Source: Podarcis erhardii
Taxonomy: Eukaryota
Assembly: GCA_964252035.1 (NCBI GenBank)
Contig: OZ176212.1
DNA: 64,000 bases
Reading direction: 5' to 3' (one strand)
Numbering within the stretch: the first letter of the stretch is position 1; every line of letters starts with the position of its first letter. The notes under the pieces are model-generated. The model was not told the origin of the DNA and did not search any database. It saw only the letters and a program-made list of their open reading frames with translations. Below, in pieces: positions 21,261 to 33,000 of this stretch. Position numbers and translations under genes: made by a program.

Positions 21261-23246
21261 AGAACTGAACATGCTCAGTGGCTATAGAAAACTGACTCTC
21301 AGTTGAATGGAGGGATGAATGGACAAGCGGGAGGAGGGAAAATGGAATATCTGGGAAAAGGGTATGGCTGGCTGGCAGGAATTCCAAATAGGAGCCTCCA
21401 TACTACAACTTTTTGTTGCAGGTTCCACTTGTCGTGATTAATAGCTAATGGTAAAACACATTAATTCTCCATGAAAGTGTATTTAATCCATCTATGCTAG
21501 TGCCCATCACCACATCTTGCAGTGTGGCAGGGAACCATTTGTGGGCTTAAAAAGAGCTCATGACCGTGTGAGCACAGCCAAGGGCTAATCTGTATGTTAA
21601 GAATGTATGAAGGGTCTGCTAGATCAGGCCAGTGGCCCATCCAGTTCTCATAGTGGCCAGCCAAATTCCTATCAGAAGTCTGCAAGCAGGGTCTGAGCAC
21701 AACAGCCCTGTCCTCACGTACAGTTCCCTGTAGCTGACATTCCCAGCAGCAAAGGTACAAGAGATCACATGCTGCACAATGATCTTGCTAGCAGTTCACT
21801 GCAGTAACTGCTAGCAAGTTGTGTGATGTAAACAAACCAACGTTGATTTGTGGGATATACAACACAAAACAAGTCTACCATGAAACTACACATTCACATG
21901 CAATTCTTAAGAAATATGGGGAGAAACTCTCACAAGACCAGAAGACTCAAAGGAGGGAAGCCTTATGTAACAAAGGAATGGAACAAAACTTAAGAAATCA
22001 AACAAATGTGGCGTTCAGTTTACCAGTTTATGCTGCTTATTCATTTTGTGGGGGGTTCTCTCTTTTGGTGAATTTTGAAGGCACACACAAAGATCAGCAT
22101 CCCCATATTCTTTTTTAAAAAAACTTTATTTAACAAAGGAAAAACAATGTGATCAACAACAGTGCATCATATGGCACATTATACTTTAAGATTTGACAGA
22201 GATTGTTAAAAATAACCTCCTTATAAAGTTTTCCCCCTTCCTCATTCCCAACAAATAACACCACACTGCGAGAAGACTTGGCAATGATGAGATTGCCATG
22301 TTGGGTGGAGCAAATGAAGCAACTATGGGTTGCAAATATCCAACTTTCTCCTATAATTCCAGCTCTTTCTTTCCAACTTAATTGTGTTGAAATTTGCCAC
22401 CTTCATCAGAAATATAGAGAAGTAGGAAAACCTTACCTGTATATCCTTGAGTGCAACCTTCTTTCATACAAGCAGAGTCATCCAGCCAGTTGCGATGATC
22501 AAGAATCTAGTGGTTGCTAACTTCTAAGTCCCCCCCCCCCCAACGCATAGATTTAGAGCTAATTTAAACAATGAGGTGTATGTAGTGCAGTTTTCCCTGA
22601 GGGCCTTACTATGTCAAGATACACATGGGCGGTGGTTACTTGTCTAAAAACACCCCAGTCAAAATATATTCATTTTATTAATTTTTGAATTGCCTTTCAC
22701 GTGTCTCAATCTGAATTACAATATAAGCAACTAACATACTTTTAAAAGCAATACAAGATGGAGACCTTTTCATCCAGATGGAAATGTTTGTTGAAACAAA
22801 ATGTCTTCAGGTTTTTTTGGAAAGCACATAAAAAATGAATATGAAGTAGCAGTATATCACCTTTCCATTTACGTGGCGATCCTGAGGCAGGGGCAATCTC
22901 AAGGAAACCAATTCCTACTTTATTTTCAGCAAGTTTAGTCCCTTTAGACAACCAGACCGCATGCACGCTGAATATTTAAATAATCACTGAGCAATTTATA
23001 AGATTGAATTAATATCTCTTGGTGTTATTTCCATTCACATTTCTGGGACACAATTTGACTTTTAAAAATTTATTTATTTAATAAAGCAAAGCTTATGATT
23101 GTACCACACAAAATGCAAAGGGGAATAGGTAGCACACCGCCTACCTTTTCCTTACCCTTGATTCTGGCTGTTCCAGCAGATGTTTCAGCTTCTTCTAGTG
23201 CTGGGATGACACTGCAACCTTCTTACCCTCATTCCTAGGGCTGACC

Positions 23247-25104
23247 ATGGTCACCTGCTCCCTGCTGGGCTCCCTGCGTGTCTGCCTGGAGCGACACCCA
23301 CCTCTGGTCACCTTCTTCTTTTGCCTCCTTTCGTTGGCTGTTGCCTTTGTTGGTTTTGCTGCCTACATCCAGTCACATGATGTTCAGAATCCCGATGTCA
23401 AAGAGGTGAGCTAGAGATGATCACCTTAAGTAGAAAATCAGACCAAAATGCTGGGGGTGGAATTGGGTTGTGGTTGTAAAGCACGCATGAGAGACTTTAG
23501 GAGGCAGTGGTGGGTGCTCTACCTTCTCCTTGGTCTCTTACTAACTGTTTAGGCTCAGCAACTGAATGGTTCTCTGACTGAAACTTTCAGGGTGGTTGGG
23601 TATCTTCTCGGATGGAATGCACAGAATGTCCCTAACAATTATGGGCTGTGACGGGTACGTTGGGTGTTCATTGCAGAGGCAGACTTGTGTGATTTATCTT
23701 TTGGCAATTGGTTTTATTTATTACCATTTTCTAACAGACTTGAGAGATTTACCCAAATTTGAACAGCTGCATTGATTTGCTCTCAAAAATAGTGTTGCCT
23801 GTGTTGGCTGCTGTTATCATACCATAATGACCCAAGCTAAACATTCATGAATTACAGAGGGTTGGGTGTTGTTGGTTTTTACAAATACGCTATAAGAAAC
23901 TGTCATTGAAAAGATAGTCCTGAATGGATACTATCACAAGAAGTGGGGAGCAAAAGAATAGGATATTCAACAGTACAAAATTTTTAATTAGTAGGTGCAG
24001 CTATATCTGAAATATTCAACGATCCGGCTGTTCTGAGATGTTTTATGGTACTTTTAAAATACAGTTCCCATCTTTCAATTTTCTAGCTGTTAAGAGCAAA
24101 AGGGAATTTTTAGAGGCAAGATTGGGTGAAATTGGAAAGGTACTTTAAAAGGCAGAAGCAAATGAAAAAAATGCAATCAAGAGAATAGAATCAACTAAGA
24201 GTCAATTCTCATTCCTTTCCCTCCCTCATCTCTAAGGACTGGAATTCTCTGCTAAAGTCTCTGGCACACTTAATGTTCTGTATCCCAAATAAGACGCAGG
24301 AAAGTGCCTTGACACCAGCTCCCTCCACAACCACTGCTGAGACCCCTACAACAGTCTCTGTCATGGTTGGCTTGACCTTTGACCTCCACAATGGCACAGA
24401 TCCTCCCAATGGTACACGTCTAGGTCTGACAGTCACTGGGGAAAAACTGGGTCTCAAAGGTGAGTGATTTCTCACTCCTGACCAATTGCAACATCCTCCC
24501 AAAGATTTCAGGAACTCTGGTTCCGTGTCCGTCTCCCCTTGACCTTTCCTTCCATCAACTTCCAACCACAGGTCCAGATGCCCAGGAATCAATCCACTTC
24601 TTGACTATCATCACGAACTCAGTCTCCCATGAGAACTGCCTTAGCATCACTGCACCTTCATCCCTTCTCCCCAAGACCAGGTGAGCCAAGAGATTTAGTT
24701 TCAAGGAGTTCTTAACCCATTAATGCAATACTCCCATCTTGTCCCCAGACAACCACCTAAATGTGTGATAGAGGAATGGGACATGCACCAAGAAGAGACA
24801 GGAATTTGTTACCAGCCACATTACCAGGCTAATCCTGCCCTGTCCAGCATGCTGGATCAGGTAAGGTGAATGTGGGCAGTGACAGTATCTGGACCTGGGG
24901 ATTCTGGGCTTCTTCAGGATGCAAGCTGGATTCTAAGGGGAGGAGCATTCACTGTTGCACTCCTTTCACTCTCAGGCGGATCGTGCCCTGTGCAGCCAGC
25001 GGCTCCTGATGACCAGTGCTTTCCTTCTCTGCCTCTGTGCCATGCTATGTTGTGCAGCTGGCCTGTGCTATCCTAACCCCAGAGACAAGTGGGGGCAAAT
25101 CTAA
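23247..25104 (+). CDS. TMEM219: TMEM219 (IGFBP-3 receptor), 5 coding exons, 243 aa
   Basis: Exons 23247..23405, 24237..24459, 24572..24680, 24749..24860, 24976..25104; GT-AG, in frame, 732 nt. CLERHPPLVTFFFCLLSLAVAFVGF (TM1), NPDVKEDWNSLLKSL, GEKLGLKG, ALCSQRLLMTSAFLLCLCAMLCCAAGLC (TM2) match TMEM219. Located directly upstream of TAOK2 as in human. Confidence 0.92.
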
Positions 25105-25324
25105 GCGGGTCCAGGAAATGCCGGACCTATATTGCAGCGAAGCCAGGTAGCCTGCCCATTTGCCCTGCTTTCTTCAAGCACCTGGATCATGCAACGCTCA
25201 CCATATTTCAGATATGAAGTTAGCCCATCTACTGTTGTGACAGCTGAGCTGTGAATAAGAGTTTAACTGCTATCTTGGTTCACTGTGGGGTGACTGTATG
25301 AACCCCTATGAGAGCGGATGGTGC

Positions 25325-25330
25325 AATAAA
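25325..25330 (+). terminator. Probable polyA signal of TMEM219
   Basis: AATAAA about 220 nt after the stop. Confidence 0.55.
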
Positions 25331-26770
25331 TAACATACAAATGATAGGAGTATTTGTTTTTTGTATTGTAAGTGGCTGTACCAGTGACACAAATTGAATC
25401 ATGTAGTATTTCTCAGGTAGTTACTGGAGGAGCTTCACGTGTGGTTGAGTAGGTTAATGACTACCGTAGCATTATCCTAAATGGGATTACCATGCCTTTG
25501 CCAGTAAATATTCTGTTAGAATTAGGAGCTTTGGCTACAGGTTAACATAATTTCATTTTTTAAAAAATGAATTAAAACAAAAAAACCAGTATATAACATA
25601 GTATCACTGATCAATGGGGTCAGGGAATGTGATCATAAGAAACCCAATGTTATTTCTTGCTGGTGTGAGTTCTGTCATGATTTGCTTGTGTTATATGTAT
25701 TTATTTCCCACTTTTTAATCAGACAGTTTAAAATCAGAAGTCAGATTAAGAGCAGAGAAGAGTAATTAGAATAGAAATATTAAAAATTCACTGGAGTCTT
25801 CTACGACTGCTTGAAGGTGAAAAGGAAAGCAGCTCAGCAGATCTCAACAGGAAGGCCATTCCACCATTACGGGATAACCACTGAAGTTTTATCTCAAATA
25901 CCCATCCAAGGTTCAAGAGCAGAGCATCTGAAGCTGACATATAGCCTACCCCATCCCAAAGACTTTACCTTATATCTGTCCCATCAAGACAGTTTTAATA
26001 AATACATCTTACATCAAAAGTTCAGAAGATTCACAGGCAAGGACTTTGGTGAATCAGGGTTAGAGGGAGAAGATCCTTGTTCATAACCACCTACCTAATG
26101 TAAGGTGGAGGAGGGTCTGAAATGTGTGCAATTTTGGATCCTACTTCCTAACTGGAGCTGGCTTACATTCCTTTGAGCCTGAAACATGCAGTGATCATGG
26201 CACAGTGACGCTAGCGGAGTGCTGGGTACGCCTTAACTCTTTACATGAGTCACCCATTGGAAAGGAAGGGATCTTCCAGGGCATTCCTTTCTATCAGGAC
26301 AGTAATCTCTCATTAATGCTAAAGGGATCACGAGATGCCATCCTTTTGTACATAAAATTCCAACTTATGGGTTACTGATAGGTAATTCAACCCAGGTTTC
26401 AGCCAAACTGCACTACCAAATAGGAGAATCAGTTAACAGGAGCCTGAACCAAAATTTGGCCAGCCATTTAAAATTAATGTGTGAAATTCAGTCACACCAC
26501 CTCTGCTGCTTCTGAGTCTTTGAGTCCCTATCCCCCCTACTTGCCAGGCTCACAGTGCTGCAGTGACAGCAGAAACCATAACTGGTAGAATGTCTCTGGC
26601 TACACATAGCAACCCAATTCCCCCTTGGCTGCTCCCTTCCCTCCCTGTGTAAAGTACCCGAACCTCCTGTCTCTAGCCCTCCTTTTCCAACTCCATGACC
26701 CTACCACCCATTGCTTCCTCAGGCCACTGCCTACTTTGTTCCCCTTCCTTTCTCTACCATGTTTCTAGAT

Positions 26771-27063
26771 CAGGGGTTCCCAAACTGCACTTCACGGGAC
26801 ACACACACTTCATTCAGGTGATCCATTACATGATCTGTGGCTACTGAAGACAAGAGATGACATATCCATTGCATTAAATACTCATATTGATTTTAATTGT
26901 ATTTCTTCTGTATTGTATTAAATTGTATTACAGTTTGAATTCTATAAAATTGTATTGCACAGTGTATTACAGTTGCTAAACAGGCAGAAAAACCATTAAG
27001 TGGTCCACCAAGATGCTAAGCAGTTTTCAAGTGGAGTACGGATGTGAAGTTTGGAAACCACTG
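26771..27063. mobile_element. hAT (Charlie-like) non-autonomous element, 293 bp
   Basis: TIRs CAGGGGTTCCCAAACT / AGTTTGGAAACCACTG and perfect 8-bp TSD TTCTAGAT (26763-26770, 27064-27071). Confidence 0.9.
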
Positions 27064-27839
27064 TTCTAGATCACTCTCCCTATTTCTCCTTCCATGTGCC
27101 ACATAAAACTCTACTCATCTTAAATGCTTGAAATTCCTTTTGAGATGTAATTTATCTTTGTTGCCCTTTCAGGTCTCAATTCCCTCTTTCTTACCCTACC
27201 TCCAGGTTCCTCCTCCTCTTTTTTATTATTTATTAAATTGACTAGTTACTTTTTTACCATGGGAACGCAAAGTGACTTACAATATTTTAATCAAAAAACA
27301 AATACATGGTGTTATAGAACTTTGGGGGGGGGGTCCCCCGGGGGTAGGAGGAGGAAGTAAGGCTGAGATCCATCTTGGAGAGGGAGATGAAAGAGTCTCC
27401 TGCACTGCTGTGGACCATGCTGTAAAATCTGGACTCCCTTCAGGCAGACTGAAGGTGTAAATAGGCAAATAAACCCTCTTTCTTAAAGCACAACAGTCTC
27501 CACCGTGTCTTCTGTTCTCCAAATGGACACAGACCCTGTGTGTGTGTGCCTTTGGCCCTGAGTGCTCTGGCCACTGCTGGGTGGAGAGAGGGCAGGCACA
27601 GGGCTTTTGTAACAATACATTAAAATCTGCATTTTTTAAAAAATCTGCGTTGAAGAAAGAAGCCACTTTCTCCACTCTGCCCCTTCATTCAGCTTCCTTG
27701 CCTTGGGGCTCCCTGTCCATTAGCTTCTCTACCTCCTCTCAGGGCCATCACAATCTTCAACCATTCCCCTGAGATGTTTTAATGAACACCAACCAACCCT
27801 CTTTTCCTCACAGAAGGTGGACCACGATCTGCTCTGAAC

Positions 27840-29500
27840 TGTCCCAGCCAATGCACCAGCCCAGCCAATCTGTGCCCGATACGTCACCGGGCTCAACAAT
27901 GTACAGGCTGTGCTGCATTAGCATTCGCGGAGTCAACCAGCGAGGCCAAATCACGTGACACTGTGGGGAGGGGGGTTGTTCCGAAGCAGGTAGAGCCTTT
28001 CGATTTTTTTGGAGTGTTTCTATTTTGCCGCTTTTTCATTTTTGCTTGGTTTTGAGGGTTTAAAATTTACGGCGAAAAGGGCGTACGATTTATTCCGCCG
28101 CCGCCGCCGCCCCCTTGAGAAAGGGCGGTTATAGCTCGCCTTGGTCCCAACTGCGCAGGCGCCAAGGTGCCGCTGTTCCCATATAAGGCGAGGGAAAGGT
28201 CACACTAGGGAGACAGCGCGGCACCTGAACATTCCGTCGAGTGAGGGGAGCCTGACCCCGCCCTCCTCCAGAGTGGTTCGGGCGAGTGGCCGCGCGCTCG
28301 TGACGCTTTAACGGTCGCCAAAGCGTCCTTTATTCCTCCCCCTCCCCTTCAACAGCTGTCGTCCCTTCGCCCGTTTCCTATGCGCGCGCGCGCCTGTTTT
28401 TTCGGAATCCTGCCCCAGTAACAGCTGAGCGCTAGAAGCTCCGCCCCCAACAACGCCAACCTACCAATCACATCCCGCCTCCACCGTATGTCCCAATCAA
28501 AACTGGCTGGAGGGCTTGTGCCGTCCCAATCCGACTCCTTTCATTGAACAGCTCTTTCCCCTATCAGCCAACCAGGACGCCGACCTCCTTGTTTGCCCTC
28601 GCCCTTCCCGAAGCCCCGCCTCCTCCAAGCCCGGCGCGGCTTCCTCGCCCCTAGGCCCGGTTCCAGACATCCGCCCGCACTCTTTTCGTATTGTCAAGGG
28701 AAGCCACGGTCCCGCCCATCGACGCCGCAGCAACCCAATGAACGCAGCGCCCTCGCGAGCGATTCGGCTCGCTCGCTCGCTCCCTTTATATTAGTGTACA
28801 TGCGCTTTGTCTCACTCAGCAACACCTTGTTTCCTCACAGCTCATGCTCGGTTAACTCTCTCTCTCTCTCCAGAACGCCCTTACCAAGGCGCAAGTCGTA
28901 CGCTACGTCTCCGCTCCGCTCTACGCATGCGGCCGTTCCTTGGCTTCGGAAAGGCGTTCGGCGCGTGTCCAGTCCGCGGCGCATGCGGCTTTCTCCCGGC
29001 TCCCTCCCACGGCTCACGGCGCGTGCGCCCTCTCCTCCGCCGCGCGCCGCCGCCTATGCGCATGCGCCCGGGCTTCTCTCTGCCTTGGTTCCGGTCTGGC
29101 TCCTGCCTTGGGCGCCATCTTGGATTTGGGGACAACTGGAGTGAGTGAGTGAGTGAGTGAGAAGGCAGAGGAGCCCGAGGAGGCGAGAGAGGGGAGGGGG
29201 GGCCGGATAGCGCCAGGCCCCCCATCCCCACAGTACTCCACATCACCGACCCCACCCTCTGCCGTAGAGAGGTAGCCCCTCCCTTCCCCCGGCCCCCCGC
29301 CCCGCAGGGCTCCCTGGACGTTGGAGGATTTCTGGGGCTCCTGGAGGACCAGCCCGCCCCCGTCCGCCCACCCCGCCCCGGCCCCTCCTGACCCCCCGCC
29401 CCAGTTTCCCCGTGAGGGCGGTGGCGCGTTCCGCTTCGGAGGTGCAAGCCTGAGTCCCCTCCGCATCCATTACCTGTGGCTCCTTTATAGCTCACCCCAC
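27840..29500. promoter_or_regulatory. Large CpG-island promoter of TAOK2
   Basis: CpG-dense. CCAAT boxes at 27848, 27865, 28464, 28493, 28526, 28735; E-box TCACGTGAC 27951-27959; CArG CCATATAAGG 28179-28188; NRF1 GCGCATGCG motifs at about 28923, 28979, 29057; YY1 GCGCCATCTTG 29112-29122. Confidence 0.8.
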
Positions 29501-30019
29501 CTGAAATATATGACAGGGGCTGCAACGTCCCACTTAGCCCGCGTCTTCCTTCCCTTAATAGGCTTCCCAAAGAGTCGTCTGTCGGTAGGGCCTCTTGTCT
29601 GATAGAGATTTCCCCTCCTCTAAATTGGGATATTCTCTCCTCTCCTCCCTCCCCCCCCCACCGCCCTGAAGAGTCTCCGTAGAATTGGGTCTGCTGGGAG
29701 ACTCCTCATTCACCTTTTCAAAGGGATGCCCCCCATCCTTCCCCTTTAAGTAGAGCCCCCTGCACGTCTTCGCTTCTGCGGATCCTTTCTTCCCTAGCCA
29801 AGCCAGAGAGAGGGAGATACTCTAGGTGCCCTATGTCTCCTACGCAGAGGCCTCGCTCGTCCAGGGGAGCCAGTGACAGTTCCCTCTAAACCCTCTTCCT
29901 TGATTGGAGGAGTTGGGGAAGAGGAGGAGGAGGAGGTCGGGGGTGTACTCCCCACCCCCAATATCCTGGAGCTGGAGCCGCAAGGGGAACAGTATCAAGG
30001 CAGCTGCCGAGACTTACAG
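29070..30019 (+). other. TAOK2: Probable non-coding first exon of TAOK2 (start approximate)
   Basis: Follows the NRF1/YY1 core promoter and ends at the strong donor TTACAG|GTGAGA. The next clear acceptor is 39704-39705, before the ATG exon. Confidence 0.55.
29139..29158. repeat. (GAGT)5 microsatellite in the TAOK2 5' region
   Basis: Directly visible. Confidence 0.85.
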
Positions 30020-33000
30020 GTGAGACCTGAACGTACTGATACAGGGGAGAGGTGAAGGGATGTGTGTTTTGGTGGTGGTGATGGGGAGGCTGGGAAGATA
30101 ACAGAAGGTGAAGGTTTGCAGAACAAAGAGGTTGTATGCACCAATTTTGTGGAAATCCGATTTTCTTTCTGTCTGCTTCCCCCGCCTTCCCCCAACAATC
30201 ATCCCTCCTATGTTGAGAAGCACACGCCCTCCCACCCCACCCCGAACTCATTTTCTTCTTCTAAAGGCTTAATGAAGGAGTAGCAACTTGCAGCTTTCCC
30301 CTGCCACATCTGGGCCCCACTTCTCTCTTCTGAAGAAGCCAGGAGTTCTGTTCACCAGAACATGGATCCTGGGTTTCCATTCTGCCACCTCAAATCCTTG
30401 TCTTCTTTTTATTGAGAATAAAAGCTGACACCACCACCCCCATCCCTCCCAAAAACCTCCTTTGCAACCTAGCAATTGCATCTCACTATGACTGCTAGAC
30501 TCATTTCTTGACTATGCAACTAAAAGCCCCTGGCTCCTAGTCCTGTTCCTCTCCATTAGGTCTTGTTCAGCTTTTAAGGAAACCTAGAGGCCTGTTGTTA
30601 TGCCCTTAAATATTTGATGACAAGGTTGGGGGTGTAGGTGTTATCAAGGTAGGTTAACATGATGGACTACTGTTGCCTTCCCTAGGAATCATCATTCAGG
30701 CTGAAACTTTGTTGTAAATATTGAGCATGCAACCAGGAGTGAATTTTGGGGAAATGGGATGATTGCCCTTGGCTTGTGGTCTGGGGTTGGATTTTAACGT
30801 AGCACGCTACCAAAAGTTTTGTATGTGTGTTTATAATGGGTTAGGAGGAAGACATGGTGAAACTGTATTTGGTTGCAGGGGTGCTTCACACAGATACTGC
30901 AGAGTAATAAGGTTTAACATGACCACTTGGAAGGAAGGAGGATGAATGGCTTGTCCTAAATGCTGGATAGTGTTCAGTTTGACATCCTTTTAAGCTACAG
31001 GGACCACTTCCCACTGGGCCTGCTCTTTTTGTATTCTGAGGGGCAACCAGAAAAAGATTTAATGCCATATTCCACAGAGAGGAAAATAAAAATCAGCATT
31101 CAATATAAAACATTGTACAAAAAATATCAATACTGTTAGTATGCAGGAGTTTCACATTTAATTCAGAGTTTTAGGTAAATTGAGCATTATTTAGTACTTG
31201 GTGGTGTGAAGGTGCTGTTAGGAGGCAGTATCTATAAACAGTGGGGTATAAGAAAACCAGGAGTGTGTTCCTTGAGCAATGGCAGTTGTCTGTTTCTCTC
31301 CCCCCACTCCCGCCCACCTGTGGACCAGGATTGTTTTCAGATATCTCTCTAGAAACATGGGGGCTAGTATATTTAAAGAAGAGGTCTTCAGCAGTCTAGA
31401 TTTCTGTACATGTCTTGTCTCAGAAGATCAATTAATGAATGATGGCATGTTTATCAAGCCCATTAACACAAAGCACACAAGTTTCAAGACCTCCACTTTC
31501 ATGGATTGTATTGCTGCTTGACCTGGGTCAAAAAATGGGAGTTGGGAATATTACCACCTCAAGGGATTGCACATTTCTCTGGGACGTACCAATTTAAGGT
31601 AGGAATTTAAAATGAGTCTGAGAATAAGGGGTGTTTCTTGTGGTGTGCATCCAACAATTTTCATCGTAGCTTGAACATCATTCCAGAAGGTTTCAGGAAA
31701 GGTTTTGTGTGGCATGCTTCTATCAAGGGTGAGTAAGAGTCCTTGAGAGCTATGTTGCTTTTGGGGCTCCTCCATCCACTGTCCTAATAGGCAGTAGTTT
31801 TATCATGCAAGATGGGGCCCAGTATCTACTTGGTTGCTTTTTGACAAAGCTTTTCCTGTGATATTTTTTTGAAGGCTCTTTCTGAAGTGCTTGGCCACCG
31901 AGATAATGGGATAAATTGCTTTTCTTTTGTTGACAGGAGCTCCTCAGACTTTTAACCCAGCTGATTCTCTCTTGTGACCAGTAACACTCTTATTTTAGTC
32001 TGTTTAGTTGGGGACAGCCTTGCAAATGAATGCCCCAAAGTTACTAATCTGTCCACATATGTTTATTCAGTCATTTCAATTATATCAAGAGCTCAAAAGA
32101 AAGGAAAAGAACCAACACTTTTTCCAGTTTCTCTGACTTACAGCACACTTCTGTGACAACTTGGAAACATGTCCTGTTGAGTTCAGTGGGGCTTATTCCC
32201 ATGTAAGTGAGGTTAGAATTGCAGCCCCATTCCTCTAATACACATGTCCATTTAAAACCCTGGTTCTGCCCCTGTTGCTACAAAGAGCATGATTTCTCAA
32301 TGAGCATTTAGGATTTTTCCTTTGCTGGATTCCCCCCACCTATGTTCTTGATTATAATACACTTACTTCCAGTAATCTAAAACAGAATCATGAGCCTCCT
32401 TTCAGCTGGACATGTCCTCATGAGAGAAGTTTTATCCTGGAATATTCAGATGTTTTTTTAAAAAGATGATTATGATGGTGTAACAAAAGTGTTGCTTTGA
32501 GCCAAAGGACTGCAAACAAGCCAACCCAGACTAAGAATAAAAGCATCTTACCCCTCTTGCCCAGGCACTACTTAGGGGAGGTGGAATTGTTTCTATATTT
32601 GTGGCTGCTGATTCTGTGTTAAGAGGCTGCCTCTTTTTGCACATCTCACCACAATGTGACATAAAATAATAATTGGTAACACTCTTTGGTCAGATAAATT
32701 TAACAGCCCAAAGTTTCTAACTTTGATCTTGTCCTTTGTCAGAGAATACGTTGTTAAGAAGAGCTGGCAAGCAGAGGAATGAATGAGAGTTCCAGTACAA
32801 TGTCTGAAAGGACACATGTAGAAGCTTGAGATACGATTAGAACTTCTCTTTTTCACACACGCACAACCCACCCCCTCGACACATACAAAAGTTCCCCTTT
32901 AGACACTATGGAGGACTTGCGAAAAGTGGAAGTGCTTTCTATAACATCCAACACCAGTCTTGTTTTCTGCCTTTAGTTTTCAGTTGAATCTGGTTTGGTG

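Noticed and set aside
28497-29602. Several long ORFs on both strands (e.g. 28593..29144 +, 28881..29570 -)
   Set aside because: They lie in a GC-rich CpG island where stop codons are rare; low-complexity Arg/Gly/Pro translations with no recognisable domain.
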